DNA of 63,106 nucleotides, filler included, from Bonamia ostreae (GCA_040357525.1; 45 parts of 45 records of this genome joined end to end with filler, not necessarily neighbours in it), one strand, 5' to 3'; positions 52,117 to 63,106 are shown, counted from the whole stretch's first letter. Notes: generated by a model from the sequence alone, not told the origin. Numbers and translations: made by a program.

Positions 52117-53346
52117 TTCCGATGTCATTGTACGTATCCTTAGAATTCATGCGTCTTTATCAAATGTACTTCATCAACAAAGACGAAGAATTGACGAGCA
52201 GCAATGTTTTCAAAAACAAAAACTTAAAGAGAAAACACGAAAAAGTGTTCTCCGTCGTTAGAAACTCCTCTTTACACGAAGATCTGGGACAAGTCTCTTT
52301 TCTTATGAGCGACAAAACGGGCACTTTGACGAAAAACAAACTGCGCCTGAAAAAAATTTTTGTCGACGGCAAAAAGTTTGCTGCTTCGCAAAACAGAGAA
52401 CTGAAGACAAAAAATTTTTGTTCTGTCCGCGAAAGCAAAATATCTCGATCCAACTTTACAGATTATGTCAAAAGTGGTAACAACGTGATCAAAGAGTTTC
52501 TGACTCTATTGTCAGTCTGCAACACGGTCTATCCGAAGAATCACTGCGAAGCATTGGATTTCAACAATAATTTGAAGAAACTACACGTTCATGTCGACAA
52601 TTGCTATAGTTGCCATCTTCGAACATATTTAAAAAAATTTTCGTAACAAAAGAGGAGACAAAGTACATGGCGGATTCATCCGACGAAAAAGCTTTGGTGA
52701 AAACAGCGCGTTCGAACGGAATGGCGCTATTTGTTTAAAAAATATAAAGAAGGAAAGAAATTGCGGCGAGAACGCTCAAACATTGGCGACGCGTTTTCGA
52801 AACGAAACGGTGCACTTTGAAGTGATCGATTTTATTGAATTCAGTTCCGAAAGGAGAAGAATGTCTGTAATTGTGAAAGATCCACGCGACGGTCAAAATA
52901 TTTTTTTAAATTTTCTTATCGACGACTAAATTTTAACGTCAAAATCTAATTTTCAAAATAGCCAAATTGCTAATTTTTAAAAGACGAACTAAAACTTTAC
53001 TGCAAAGGAGCGGATGAAGCGATAAAACCGCTTTTATCGGAGAAATCGCAATTGGAGTGGCAACAATACTCGAAAATAATAAAAGAGTTTTCAGATGAAG
53101 GTCTCAGAACTTTATGTTGCGGGTACAAATATATCAAAAAGTCAGAATTAAAAAATTTTGACAAAAAAACAATTGAGAAAGATCTTATTTTGTTGGGAAT
53201 AACTGCGATTGAAGGTCAAATTTTGTTTTAATTTTGACCAAAATGTTACAAATTCAATTAAAAAGACAGATTACAAGAAAAGGTTCCAATTACAATAAAC
53301 TTGTTTTTTAAAATGGAAATTCGTTTTTGGATTTTGACCGGTGATC
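52117..53346 (+). CDS. P4-type ATPase (phospholipid flippase), internal exons (protist)
   Basis: PMSLYVSLE, EDLGQV..LMSDKTGTLT, YMADSSDEKALV, EFSSERRRMSVIV, YCKGAD, EGLRTL, LGITAIED.LQ, WILTGD. Introns 52609-52652, 52733-52752, 52892-52983, 53215-53264. Confidence 0.95.
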
Positions 53347-54926
53347 NNNNNNNNNNNNNNNNNNNNNNNNNNNNNNNNNNNNNNNNNNNNTTAATTAATT
53401 AANNNNNNNNNNNNNNNNNNNNNNNNNNNNNNNNNNNNNNNNNNNNCACATAAAGAAAGGCAGATCGGTGAAGGAGTTTTAAAAGTCCTTGAACAGTTAT
53501 ACCAAATGTGTATCCAACCGGTGAAAGAATATTCACGTAGCGCAGTATCGCATTCATGTAATCCAAATATATGACCCATGTACTCGTTTTGATCGTGAGA
53601 AAGATTGATGAAAGTACAGAAGGGGCGGTTTTATACAGTGCTAAAAATGATAACATAATGCTGATGTAGGTAAAACAAGGGTCCAGAACATCGTCAATGA
53701 TTGCCCATAAAGCCAGTATGGTACTAACAAATGCTAGGAATAGGTGCTTCATCGGTGAGATATAGAAAAGGAAGACATCCATGCTAAATACCAAAAAAAA
53801 TAAAATAATATCAACAATAATAATGTAATTTGAAAGAGTAACATGCATATTATCAATATCATGTGTACATGATACATTGTTTATATAAGTGTTTTACATG
53901 TTTACAATTAAGTTAGTCGAGGTTTAATCTGTTCCTTTCTGGATGATCGCCAGAAATTGTTTAATCCCGCTATAGATTTATATATGAGATACGACATCAA
54001 AATTCGATTCATACCTCTGTTCATTACCTATATTGTACACATTTTCTGGTACTCATATCGTGTAGTTTTATGTTTTTCAAATAGCAAATAAAATTTGCAA
54101 CTAATCCAAAGGTGAAAATTAACAAATTCTACTGCACTTAGTTTCTAGTTATTGAAGTAGATGTTAGGAATTTGAATATACAAATCATTTTGAATAAGAT
54201 AAAACATGCATACGATAAAAATTGCGAAATATGTGTCCAGGGCTTTATACATCTCTCTTCTATACTTCCCTCCATCGGATTGGTGTCATTTTTCCTAGAT
54301 CGAAATTAAAGTAATTAGAGATCTGATAATTCAATGTACGTGCCTATACCAATGTCCAGTTTTGTAATGAAAAAGTGACGAATCTCATATATCCCATACA
54401 GAATATCATTGATAAACTATTTGTATTATAATGCAGAAATGGAAAATAAATGAAGCAAAAATAAATATACTACTTACCTAATTTTCGATGTATCCATACG
54501 CAAAGGTTTATATTTGGGGTTTAAATAATTTGTAATTCACTGCAAATGACAATCGTTCCAATTTATTGTACTACAGACATCGTATATGAGATTTATTTTA
54601 CAGTCCTCAAGTACAAATTTCATGCAGCAAATCACGGTTGTCTTCTAGATTTAAAAGGCATGCTTTAATAAACAAGCATTCTTATTGTATTGCATAATCG
54701 ATACATACCCCCTACCGGCACTCCATTAAATGACGGATATANNNNNNNNNNNNNNNNNNNNNNNNNNNNNNNNNNNNNNNNNNNNTTAATTAATTAANNN
54801 NNNNNNNNNNNNNNNNNNNNNNNNNNNNNNNNNNNNNNNNNTGTTGACTGGGCACGCCCAATGTGAGCTCTACATCTTGATCTGGTAAATGTAGTAATCT
54901 GTAACATATGTTCCAATGGCAATAAT

Positions 54927-55653
54927 TTACCTGCTTTACTTTCGTTCTCAACTCTTGAAAGATTGATGCATTTGTCATCTCTGACCTGTATGTCATTGTT
55001 GAAAACTAGAATAAAAAACAAATACATTTCTCATCTTCCATTGAGTAAGACATATACTTCGAGAAATACGGAATTCATCAAGGTTTATCAACAAAAATAG
55101 AATTCGTTAAACTTTTGAATGTTCATATCTGCAGTACTGAAAAAAAAGAAGAAAGTGTCTTATCAAAGAAATTTAAATTAGTCCTAAAATACATAGTTTC
55201 TCATCATTTTATAATTATGAATGAAGCATGAAGAGATGTGTGTGCACACTTCTACATATATCTGCATAAACGTAGAGATATTAAAAATCTAAACAAATTT
55301 TCACTCGTTAATCCTTATGTGTACCTATTCATTTCTTGGCATTTGTCAGTTCAATAAAAATGCACAATGGTCGATCGGACATTAGCAAATATGAGTTGAT
55401 TATCACTCACCTCTTCAACTGGCTCTACCAGAATAACATATTTACTGTAAAGGAACTTGTCGACTAGAGTGTTCTCAATTGCAGAATAATTGTACTCAGT
55501 CTGAAGACCCTTTCCGACTTCAAAGGTGTATTGACAATTTGCCAAGAAAATTGGAAGAATATCTCTCTCTGGGTGAAAGCTTATCAGGTGGACAGATGAT
55601 AATTCCTTGAACTGAACTCTTGGGAAGTCTTTGAACCTTGTTAATTTAATCAA
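54927..55653 (-). CDS. RNF213-like giant AAA+/E3 protein, C-terminal exons (host)
   Basis: HLISFHPERDILPIFLANCQYTFEVGKGLQTEYNYSAIENTLVDKFL resembles the RNF213 C-terminus. Long introns with canonical donors. Confidence 0.7.
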
Positions 55654-56236
55654 ATATTAATTTTGTATTGTTAGATCATAAAATATCAATAATCTAATGT
55701 ACACATGATATCAAATTGTGTCCCTTTTTATGAATAGTATTGCTTCTGAAACCATTGATATGGTGGCATAATTCTACTATTCAAATAAAGTTTGGTCAAT
55801 ACAATTACTCAACACAATAACATAAGTTTCACGTTGTCTCTTCAATAAAATCACATTTATCTCGACTACTCAAGATAAAAAAAACCCATCTCAGACTGAC
55901 GAAATAGCTACTTGTATCAGGTATTCCGACAAAATGTTGATGCACTGACCTATGCTGAGGTCGAAATAGCTACAAAAGGATACCCAGATTCCTATGTGAT
56001 TTGGGATTGTTTTATTTGTTGTTTTACGTCCTATTCGAAAAAACAAATCACTCATGTAGACACGTCACCAGCTTTAAATGAAAAAGCATACGGCCGTAGT
56101 ACTACGACGACGGTGTAGATTGGTAGTGCAGATTGCNNNNNNNNNNNNNNNNNNNNNNNNNNNNNNNNNNNNNNNNNNNNTTAATTAATTAANNNNNNNN
56201 NNNNNNNNNNNNNNNNNNNNNNNNNNNNNNNNNNNN

Positions 56237-56869
56237 AAATCCGGTAATCCATCCCGAATCTGTTTTGATAAGAAATACAATGCTACTATCTGGAATAGAT
56301 TCACGATCAACCCTAACACCGTCAATAGTTCCTCCTGGCTCATTTGACAATGTCAATGCAGGAGTATCGGAACCTTGCTGATTGTTTATTGAAAAGACTG
56401 CACCACTTGGGACATTAGATGGCAAAACAATGTTTTGAGGTGATTGCATGTCGTGCATGGTAAGATAATAGCCCGGTTTACTATCTGCCAATGTTGGTGC
56501 TGTCCCTCCATTGTAAGAATAGATATCCCCACCAGATGCACCTGGGTGAGTCTTAAGCCGGTTTATTTCATCTTCCATCCTTGCAAGTTGTGCAGATACA
56601 TCCGGAGGTAGTGGTGAAACTGTCGAATCATCCAAGGTCAGATTAAAGAAATTTCTTACTGATGCTTCAAATTCATTCCCGGAAGTGTAAGGGGTTCCAT
56701 CTTTCTTTTTTAGCGATGTTACCAGGACAAAGCCATTATTGAACATAGACTGTTTTGTTGCTATTTCAATTATATTAACTTTATCATCAATAACAGACAA
56801 TTTATATTGTCCTCTGGGGATTCTTTGCGTGCCAACAATAAGGGCCCCATTATCCAAATAAACTTTCAT
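56237..56869 (-). CDS. Hypothetical phage-like protein, 3'-partial
   Basis: Intronless ORF of more than 210 codons, Gly/Ser/Thr-rich, in a contig of tightly packed small co-directional ORFs. No family recognised. Confidence 0.55.
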
Positions 56870-56924
56870 ATTCTTTTTGTTAAGTACTTAATAATAGCAA
56901 TTAATTTAACGAAAAAAAGTACTG

Positions 56925-56963
56925 AAACAAAAAAGGGAAGCAGTGTAAAAACCGCTTCCCTTT
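56925..56963 (-). terminator. Rho-independent terminator
   Basis: Minus strand AAAGGGAAGCGGT-TTTTAC-ACTGCTTCCCTTT followed by TTTGTTT, just downstream of ORF 56982-57227. Confidence 0.75.
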
Positions 56964-56981
56964 CAATTTGATAGGCTAAAA

Positions 56982-57227
56982 TTAGAACAAGCTCCCTCCT
57001 CTCGATGCTATTACATTCATGTTAAATAATCTTATACGATCTATGAGAGAGGTATAAACCTTTAGATTGTGGCAAATAATGATCATGTAATGATTCATCT
57101 CAAGTAAAAAATAATTGATACTAGCTGTCTTTACAACCTTTTTAGTATTCCTATGTGATAATTGCCACATTATCGCAATTAGAAAGCCTATAAGGAATTT
57201 AAATACATCAATCGAATATCTTATCAT
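56982..57227 (-). CDS. Small hypothetical protein (phage-like contig)
   Basis: 81-aa ORF ending immediately before the terminator hairpin. Confidence 0.35.
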   Translation of the reverse strand: MIRYSIDVFKFLIGFLIAIMWQLSHRNTKKVVKTASINYFLLEMNHYMIIICHNLKVYTSLIDRIRLFNMNVIASRGGSLF

Positions 57228-57655
57228 ATTGAATAAATATTTAATTAAAAAGCCCTATCATGCAAATATAGCTATTTACATAATAGGGCTTATACTTATT
57301 TCTTTAGGAGCAAAAGCAAAAGATCAATGTTCTTGTTTAAATTGCTGGTTATCTCCTCCAATTTTTTCTTCTTAGAATTTCCCATGCCTGTATCTTAATT
57401 CGATGGATATTGATATTAGATGGAAAGACAAAACAATCTCACCTAGAGAATTATTCACATCAGCACCCAATTTTAGGTAGCTGTAATCATTGGTTCCTAC
57501 CCATAAGGATAGTTTGAACGATCTAAGGATTNNNNNNNNNNNNNNNNNNNNNNNNNNNNNNNNNNNNNNNNNNNNTTAATTAATTAANNNNNNNNNNNNN
57601 NNNNNNNNNNNNNNNNNNNNNNNNNNNNNNNATGCGTAAGTGTTCTCGTTTATTC

Positions 57656-58826
57656 TTAATAAAATACGTAGCCTGGATCATTATCGATTGTAGTCGATAC
57701 ATATTTTTTAACTTGTGGATTTTGTTTAGTGTAGAGGGCGAATACGATTTCAAATGTGAAAATTCCTCCGATTACATTCAAGGTCTTCATTTAAGAATAA
57801 AAACAGTGATTAATCTGTCTAAGAAGCAGTCAAAAGTGATAAGAACAGATTGCAATCGGGTAGAGACTGTGACACCGATCGAATTGCAAACGACATTCAG
57901 AAAGACAATAACAGATAATGGCACGGGACTGTTTGCTATAGTGACCATAATTACTACTATCGCCAAAATGATATAATGACCAAAATCGAGAGGTTTTCCG
58001 TTCATCACCGCGACGAAAATAGTAACGACTGTGAAATAAACGGCTGAACCGCTCATTTGGAATGTACTCAACATTGTCATAATAAAATTGGTTTCTTTTT
58101 CATAATTCGGGTGCCGATTTTTTCCGACTCTGTTTTAAATATTTTGATAACAAATATTTTTTTATACATCGTTTAATTATTTTGAAACGATATAAAACAT
58201 TATCATCTGACTCAATGCAGTAGCACTACTTGAAGTCGAAATAGCAGTTACAATCGGATCTTTGTACTCCTTCAAAATTTGGAAAGGATTCTTTTGGATT
58301 ACAACTCCACACAAAACACAGTACACGAAAAAACAAGCAACAATGGCTTAATTTTATTAAAAAAACATCCGATAAACGTGTACGCGAGAGGATATATGCT
58401 TACCAATCCGTCCAAGTCTTTTATCAAAGCGACATTTTTTGCGATTATTGCAAAAACAGCAAAAGAAGTGAAGTACATAAAGAAGTTTACAATCGAACTG
58501 ATTGTTTCATAGAAAATGCTGACCATTTGAAACATCTGGCCTTCTGAACCATCTTTTTTATCGTCATGTTTTGAAAAATAGTATCCCAAAATCATAAAAA
58601 TGCACACTATCGCTAACAAGTTCCCGTCAGCTTGTGCCTTAAAAATATTGTCTGGGAGGGCTTTTCCGATCATGTCGATTATATTTTCGAAGAAACCCTT
58701 TTCTATTGATTTGCCGGACGTGTCTCCAAGTTCTAAATTTTTCGATACGTTCAAAAGAGATGGGACGGTGATTGCTGTAGAGATAGTAGAAACGATAATA
58801 GAAGTTATTAATGTCCATTTGGCGCA
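57656..58826 (-). CDS. Divergent SLC1/DAACS (dicarboxylate/amino acid:cation symporter) transporter, 5'-partial (protist)
   Basis: LPDNIFKA...NLLAIV, KNPF, TAISTSSSATAL (HP1), QMSGSAVY (TM7), FDCFLDRLIT|TLNVIGG (TM8). Introns 58347-58366 (20), 58130-58198 (69), 57785-57804 (20). Confidence 0.88.
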
Positions 58827-59124
58827 CTAAATGATTTTTTTTTAAATTTTTATTATTTTAATAAAGCGCTCATTAAAGTAAAATATTTCGAAAAGTTTGC
58901 ACATTTTATTATTTTAAAAAAGCGCNNNNNNNNNNNNNNNNNNNNNNNNNNNNNNNNNNNNNNNNNNNNTTAATTAATTAANNNNNNNNNNNNNNNNNNN
59001 NNNNNNNNNNNNNNNNNNNNNNNNNATATTCAACATTTCTCAAAACAAAAATGCCAATTTTCTAAAAGCAAAAATTGTCAAAATAAAATTTCAATTTTTC
59101 GAATATTCAACATTTGAAAAACAG

Positions 59125-60077
59125 AACAAATTCGACAAAAGCCTTTCGCTTGAAAACCCGCGAGCCTTTTATTGCGCGGAACACAACAACATCGGCTACT
59201 ACAACAAAAACGAAATTCGTTTAATCGAGGACAACATCAGGGAAGGCGACATTCCAACAAACATCTTCGACAAAATTTTCAAAGTAGGACATTTCCATAT
59301 ATCAAAATAACTTTAAACAGACATTTCCATTATATTATTTTGCTTATAAACAATCACAAAAAACCGCCATTGAAAACTAATATTTAGCAAATCAAAAACG
59401 ACATCAGATTCGACCTCTTCCCGCGATTTCTCGAAAGCGACTTTTACAAGAACTACATCCGCTACAAAAGCCTCGAGAGCCAATCGATTGGCTCTCGAGA
59501 CTTCACACGGCTCACCGCCATCGGCTACGGCGCTTACGGGATCGTCAGCGTCGCACACAAAAGAGACTCCGGCAAAGCTTACGCCATTAAGTGCTTCAAC
59601 AAAAAACAAGTCGTGGCCAACGACGAGGCTCGTTCTGTGCTGGAAGAGAAGAAGTTGTTGGCGATGATGGACTCGCGCTTCGTCACGTCGCTCCGGTATT
59701 CGTATTGCGACAAAGACGACATCTGTCTGGTGCTCGACCTGATGCCGTGCGGCGACTTGAAGCAGCTGCTGACGCGCCACAGCACTTTTTCAGAGGAACT
59801 GTCCCGCTTCTACGCGGCGGAGATTTTGTTGGGGCTGGAACACATCCACTCGCGCGGGATAATCTACCGCGACATAAAACTGGAAAACATTTTGCTGGAC
59901 GAACTCGGGCACATCAAGATATCGGATTTTGGTCTGTCGGTGCGGAAGAAGGAAATGAAAAGTTACGCGGGGACGCCGGGGTACACCGCCCCGGAAGTTG
60001 TGCGAGGCGAATATTACAAGAAAACCGCCGATTTTTTCAGTTTCGGTGTCATTATTTACCGCTTTATGTCTGGGATG
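59125..60077 (+). CDS. RGS-domain + AGC kinase, G protein-coupled receptor kinase-like, partial (protist)
   Basis: IFDKIFK|QIKNDIRFDLFPRFLESDFY (end of RGS domain) followed by GYGAYG, YAIK, LVLDLMPCGDL, RFYAAEILLGLEHIH, YRDIKLEN, SDFG, GTPGYTAPE. Intron 59284-59387. Confidence 0.82.
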
Positions 60078-60089
60078 GTTTTGGCTTAA

Positions 60090-60319
60090 TTTTGTCAAAT
60101 TTTATATTTGTCAAAATTTTATTTAACGCAAAATTTTAATGCCAAAATTTTAATGTCAAAATTGTTGCAAAATTTTATTTGAACGCAAAATTTTAATGTC
60201 AAAATTTGTCAAAATTTTAATGCCAAAATATTATTTGAACGCAAAATTTTAATGCCAAAATTTTATTTGAACGCAAAATTTTAATGTCAAAATTGTTGCA
60301 AAATTTTATTTGAACGCAA
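60090..60319. repeat. AT-rich intronic tandem repeat
   Basis: caaaattttaatg(c/t) and caaaattttatttgaacg subunits reiterated to the contig end. Confidence 0.85.
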
Positions 60320-60444
60320 NNNNNNNNNNNNNNNNNNNNNNNNNNNNNNNNNNNNNNNNNNNNTTAATTAATTAANNNNNNNNNNNNNNNNNNNNNNNNN
60401 NNNNNNNNNNNNNNNNNNNAGTTTAAGACGTGCAGAGCTGGTCT

Positions 60445-60620
60445 ACAGAGGATGCTTACTCCACCTAGGCAGTATATCCCATCTTTGGTGTTATCAAAAG
60501 TTTACGCTGTTTCTAAATTGTAAAATCGATCAATATCCATTATGCGTACTCCTCCTGTGCACCTGATTCTACTTCTGTTGCGTCCAGGGGTTCCTGATTC
60601 TTCATTTGTATTCTAATTAG
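60445..60620 (+). mobile_element. Copies of an oyster-type dispersed repeat; related fragments at ~15544-15760, 36390-36520, 40595-40690, 54842-54900
   Basis: Shared motifs gatgcttactcc.cctaggca / cacctgat.cc...tggt..gtccaggg / gagattgatcactgt occur on both strands in several host contigs. Confidence 0.6.
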
Positions 60621-63106
60621 TGAAACTCTTTTCCTTAGTCCTGAAGAAGGGACAGGTCGTCCCTAGAGTTTATCTAGGTTTTGGTGTCGTTGGTCATTTT
60701 AGTGCTTATAAAGTGGTATGACTTATTAACAAAAGTTAGCACTGCCCATCCGAGAGAGAAATGCTCTAACTGTTCCGGTAGATTGTTCCCAAAGATTCTT
60801 TCTTACACCGTGACGGTATAAAAAGATTACTTGCAAAAATACAATTCAGTTAAAATGTTTATTGATATTGTCTCCTGATTGCAGATGTTCCCATATAGAG
60901 TCATATGTTATGTATACGAAAACGTATTACAAAACACGTTGTGGTTCTTTGACAAGTTGGTGGACATGTAGAGAATCAAGGTAATAAACTTTATCATTGA
61001 ATAACAAACATATGCAGTCAAACTTTATCATTGAATAACATACAGATTCAGTCAAACTTTAGTTTGTTCTGGCTATAGATCCACTGCTGTTGCTTTGTAG
61101 CAAATTTGTCTTCACATCATTTCTCGTATATATCCATGTATTTAGGAATTATGAATTTAATTTGTCAAAACTGTTTTAAGTCTATGACTTATAAATCCGA
61201 TCAATACTTGATTTTAGATTGAACTACGCCTTATGACTGANNNNNNNNNNTTTTATCTAAGTAGTCAAAATAATCTATACTTAGAGAAAGCGCACAGTTA
61301 AACTAAAATCGTACTCTTAACAACGTAAAAGATGTGCCTAAATTGGACACAAAATTTGTTATATTTTAATGAAGGATGCAAACATTACCCTCAGGAGGTC
61401 TCTACTATTTGAGGATAAATGCTGATGAGCCTAAATATTTTGTTAATTTTCCTATTTAGAAATTAAGCGTTCATTATATAACTGCCATTCACCGCAAACT
61501 GCACTGACAGCTACATCTAAATAAACAAATGAAGTTTCGCATATAAAGAAGGATTTAAGTGAACAAGGTAACAATGTATATTGAAATTGTTTTAAAAAAC
61601 AACCAATTTAAAATGTATTCAGAGAATAATCATATCTATTCTGGAGAAGTAAAATATTGGTAATGACTGTAGATATTTTGACTTATTTTCTAAATGAGTT
61701 GTCTGATCTTGACNNNNNNNNNNNNNNNNNNNNNNNNNNNNNNNNNNNNNNNNNNNNTTAATTAATTAANNNNNNNNNNNNNNNNNNNNNNNNNNNNNNN
61801 NNNNNNNNNNNNNCTCAGCTCTCTCTCTCTCTCTCTCTTTGGTTGACCTTAAGTGTCTCTGGATAAAATTACTAACAGTCCCTGTACCAGTATGAAATGC
61901 TAGATATGTAACCTTTATGATAAGACACCCCCTACATAGCAATAGCTTTGGTCCATCTTATAAATGTTTTCGGAACCCCATCAAAACCTCGTAATTTGAC
62001 GGGTACTTAAATTCAGATTAAAATGTTCTACTTTGCTTAAAGTCCCTTTACAGAATTGTAAATTTCTTGTTCAGCCATAGCAAATAATATCAATAAAATT
62101 ACTTATAAATCGAGTAGCAGGACTAATTCCCGTTCAGCAATTCTTTGTCTTCCTGTTCAGTAAATCAGTAGTCACACATTTCTTCTGGTGATGTGTCTAC
62201 TTCCCGTTCCAGGAACGCAAGATGATGTGATATTACGTAATCCTGGTCACAGCACCAAAAAACGGGGCGTTATTACAAAACGTCCAAAGATAGATTTCAA
62301 TATATTTATTGATAATAAAACAATATAAGTACTATCAAAACAACAAGTTCGAGATTAAGTCCAAATTCACTGGTTCAGGGGAGGGGACAAGTTAGTAAAG
62401 TTTTTGTTCGATTTTATTTTTGCGGTTGTGTCTGATTGCTCACAAACCACAGAATATATACTCGGACGTTAGATACTGTCTGTTGTCATCAACATACTGG
62501 TCAACTCTCCCTTACATGATGCATCCAGCAGCCCTTATTTCACAACATGGTCCATTATATATCATATTATTTCTCAATGTTTGATAATGGGGTCCATTAT
62601 ACAAATGCATTGTGATATTCTTTATTGCAATATATATGGTTGATGCAAATACAATGGCTATCAAGAGATTAGTTAACTTTTGATACATTTGTTAAGGTAC
62701 ATGCGAGCTAAAAAGGTCGACATCTGGCTTTTTATTCATCATAAGGATGATAGAAATTTGTATGAACGTTATTGTCATATAAAATCAAAAGATTTAACAA
62801 TGTTATAAGAAATACAGTGAGCAACTCTTACAGACCAAATGTGTTCAATGAAATGATTATTGAAACTAATACCTAGTGCGCGATTGCTCCTAAAAGGCAA
62901 CAAGGTGAAATATAAATGGATGGAAAGTTACTTAAAATTCATTTACATAGATTACTCATATATAAATAGGATAAAAACATGGACTTTCTATTTCCCATAA
63001 AAAGGTCTGCCTTTTTAAATTGCATGTATGCAGTCGTTATTAGTCTCCTACCAGTTTCTTAAAACAAAGTGGGTTATATGTTTCTTCTCCGTTTATCCGT
63101 CCCTCT

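Noticed and set aside
53447-53848. 149-aa hydrophobic ORF as a membrane protein
   Set aside because: No recognisable family in AT-rich host-like DNA, so the call cannot be supported.
1317-61813. Regularly spaced TTAATTAATTAA as a CRISPR-like or biological repeat
   Set aside because: It is always embedded in N runs and gives stops in six frames, so it is a concatenation linker. ORFs ending in XXXLIN are artefacts.

Overview
This is not one locus. It is about 45 unrelated, size-sorted contigs of ~1.3 kb, joined by an artificial N44-TTAATTAATTAA-N44 spacer, so nothing should be inferred across spacers. At least three sources are mixed. (1) A compact, gene-dense, AT-rich protist genome, by inference an oyster-infecting rhizarian parasite such as Bonamia or a haplosporidian. 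It contributes a mitochondrial phosphate carrier, holocytochrome c synthase, LUC7, RPS29, Rab11, DDX6, eIF3b, WDR4/Trm82, THUMPD1, NAA25, VPS13, a P4-ATPase, an SP-RING protein, Nup62/Nup58-like, ATXR3-like, SLC1-like and GRK-like genes. (2) Bivalve (oyster-like) host DNA: Ig-domain, NHL/TRIM-like, RNF213-like and OB-fold exons, a decayed DIRS element, satellites and dispersed repeats. (3) Two intronless phage/bacterial fragments, one carrying a DnaB-like helicase. The strongest signal is the protist's splicing system. Of 26 introns I could place by restoring conserved protein frames, 14 are 19-22 nt (nine exactly 20 nt), 21 have T at donor position +3, and 14 end in AAG. Other candidates are an FG-repeat-free Nup62 whose N-terminus is bounded by a divergent RPS29 gene, an SLC1 transporter lacking Na+-site and acidic-substrate residues, an RGS+kinase GRK-like gene, and a catalytically dead astacin. 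All gene calls come from manual motif recognition, not database searches.
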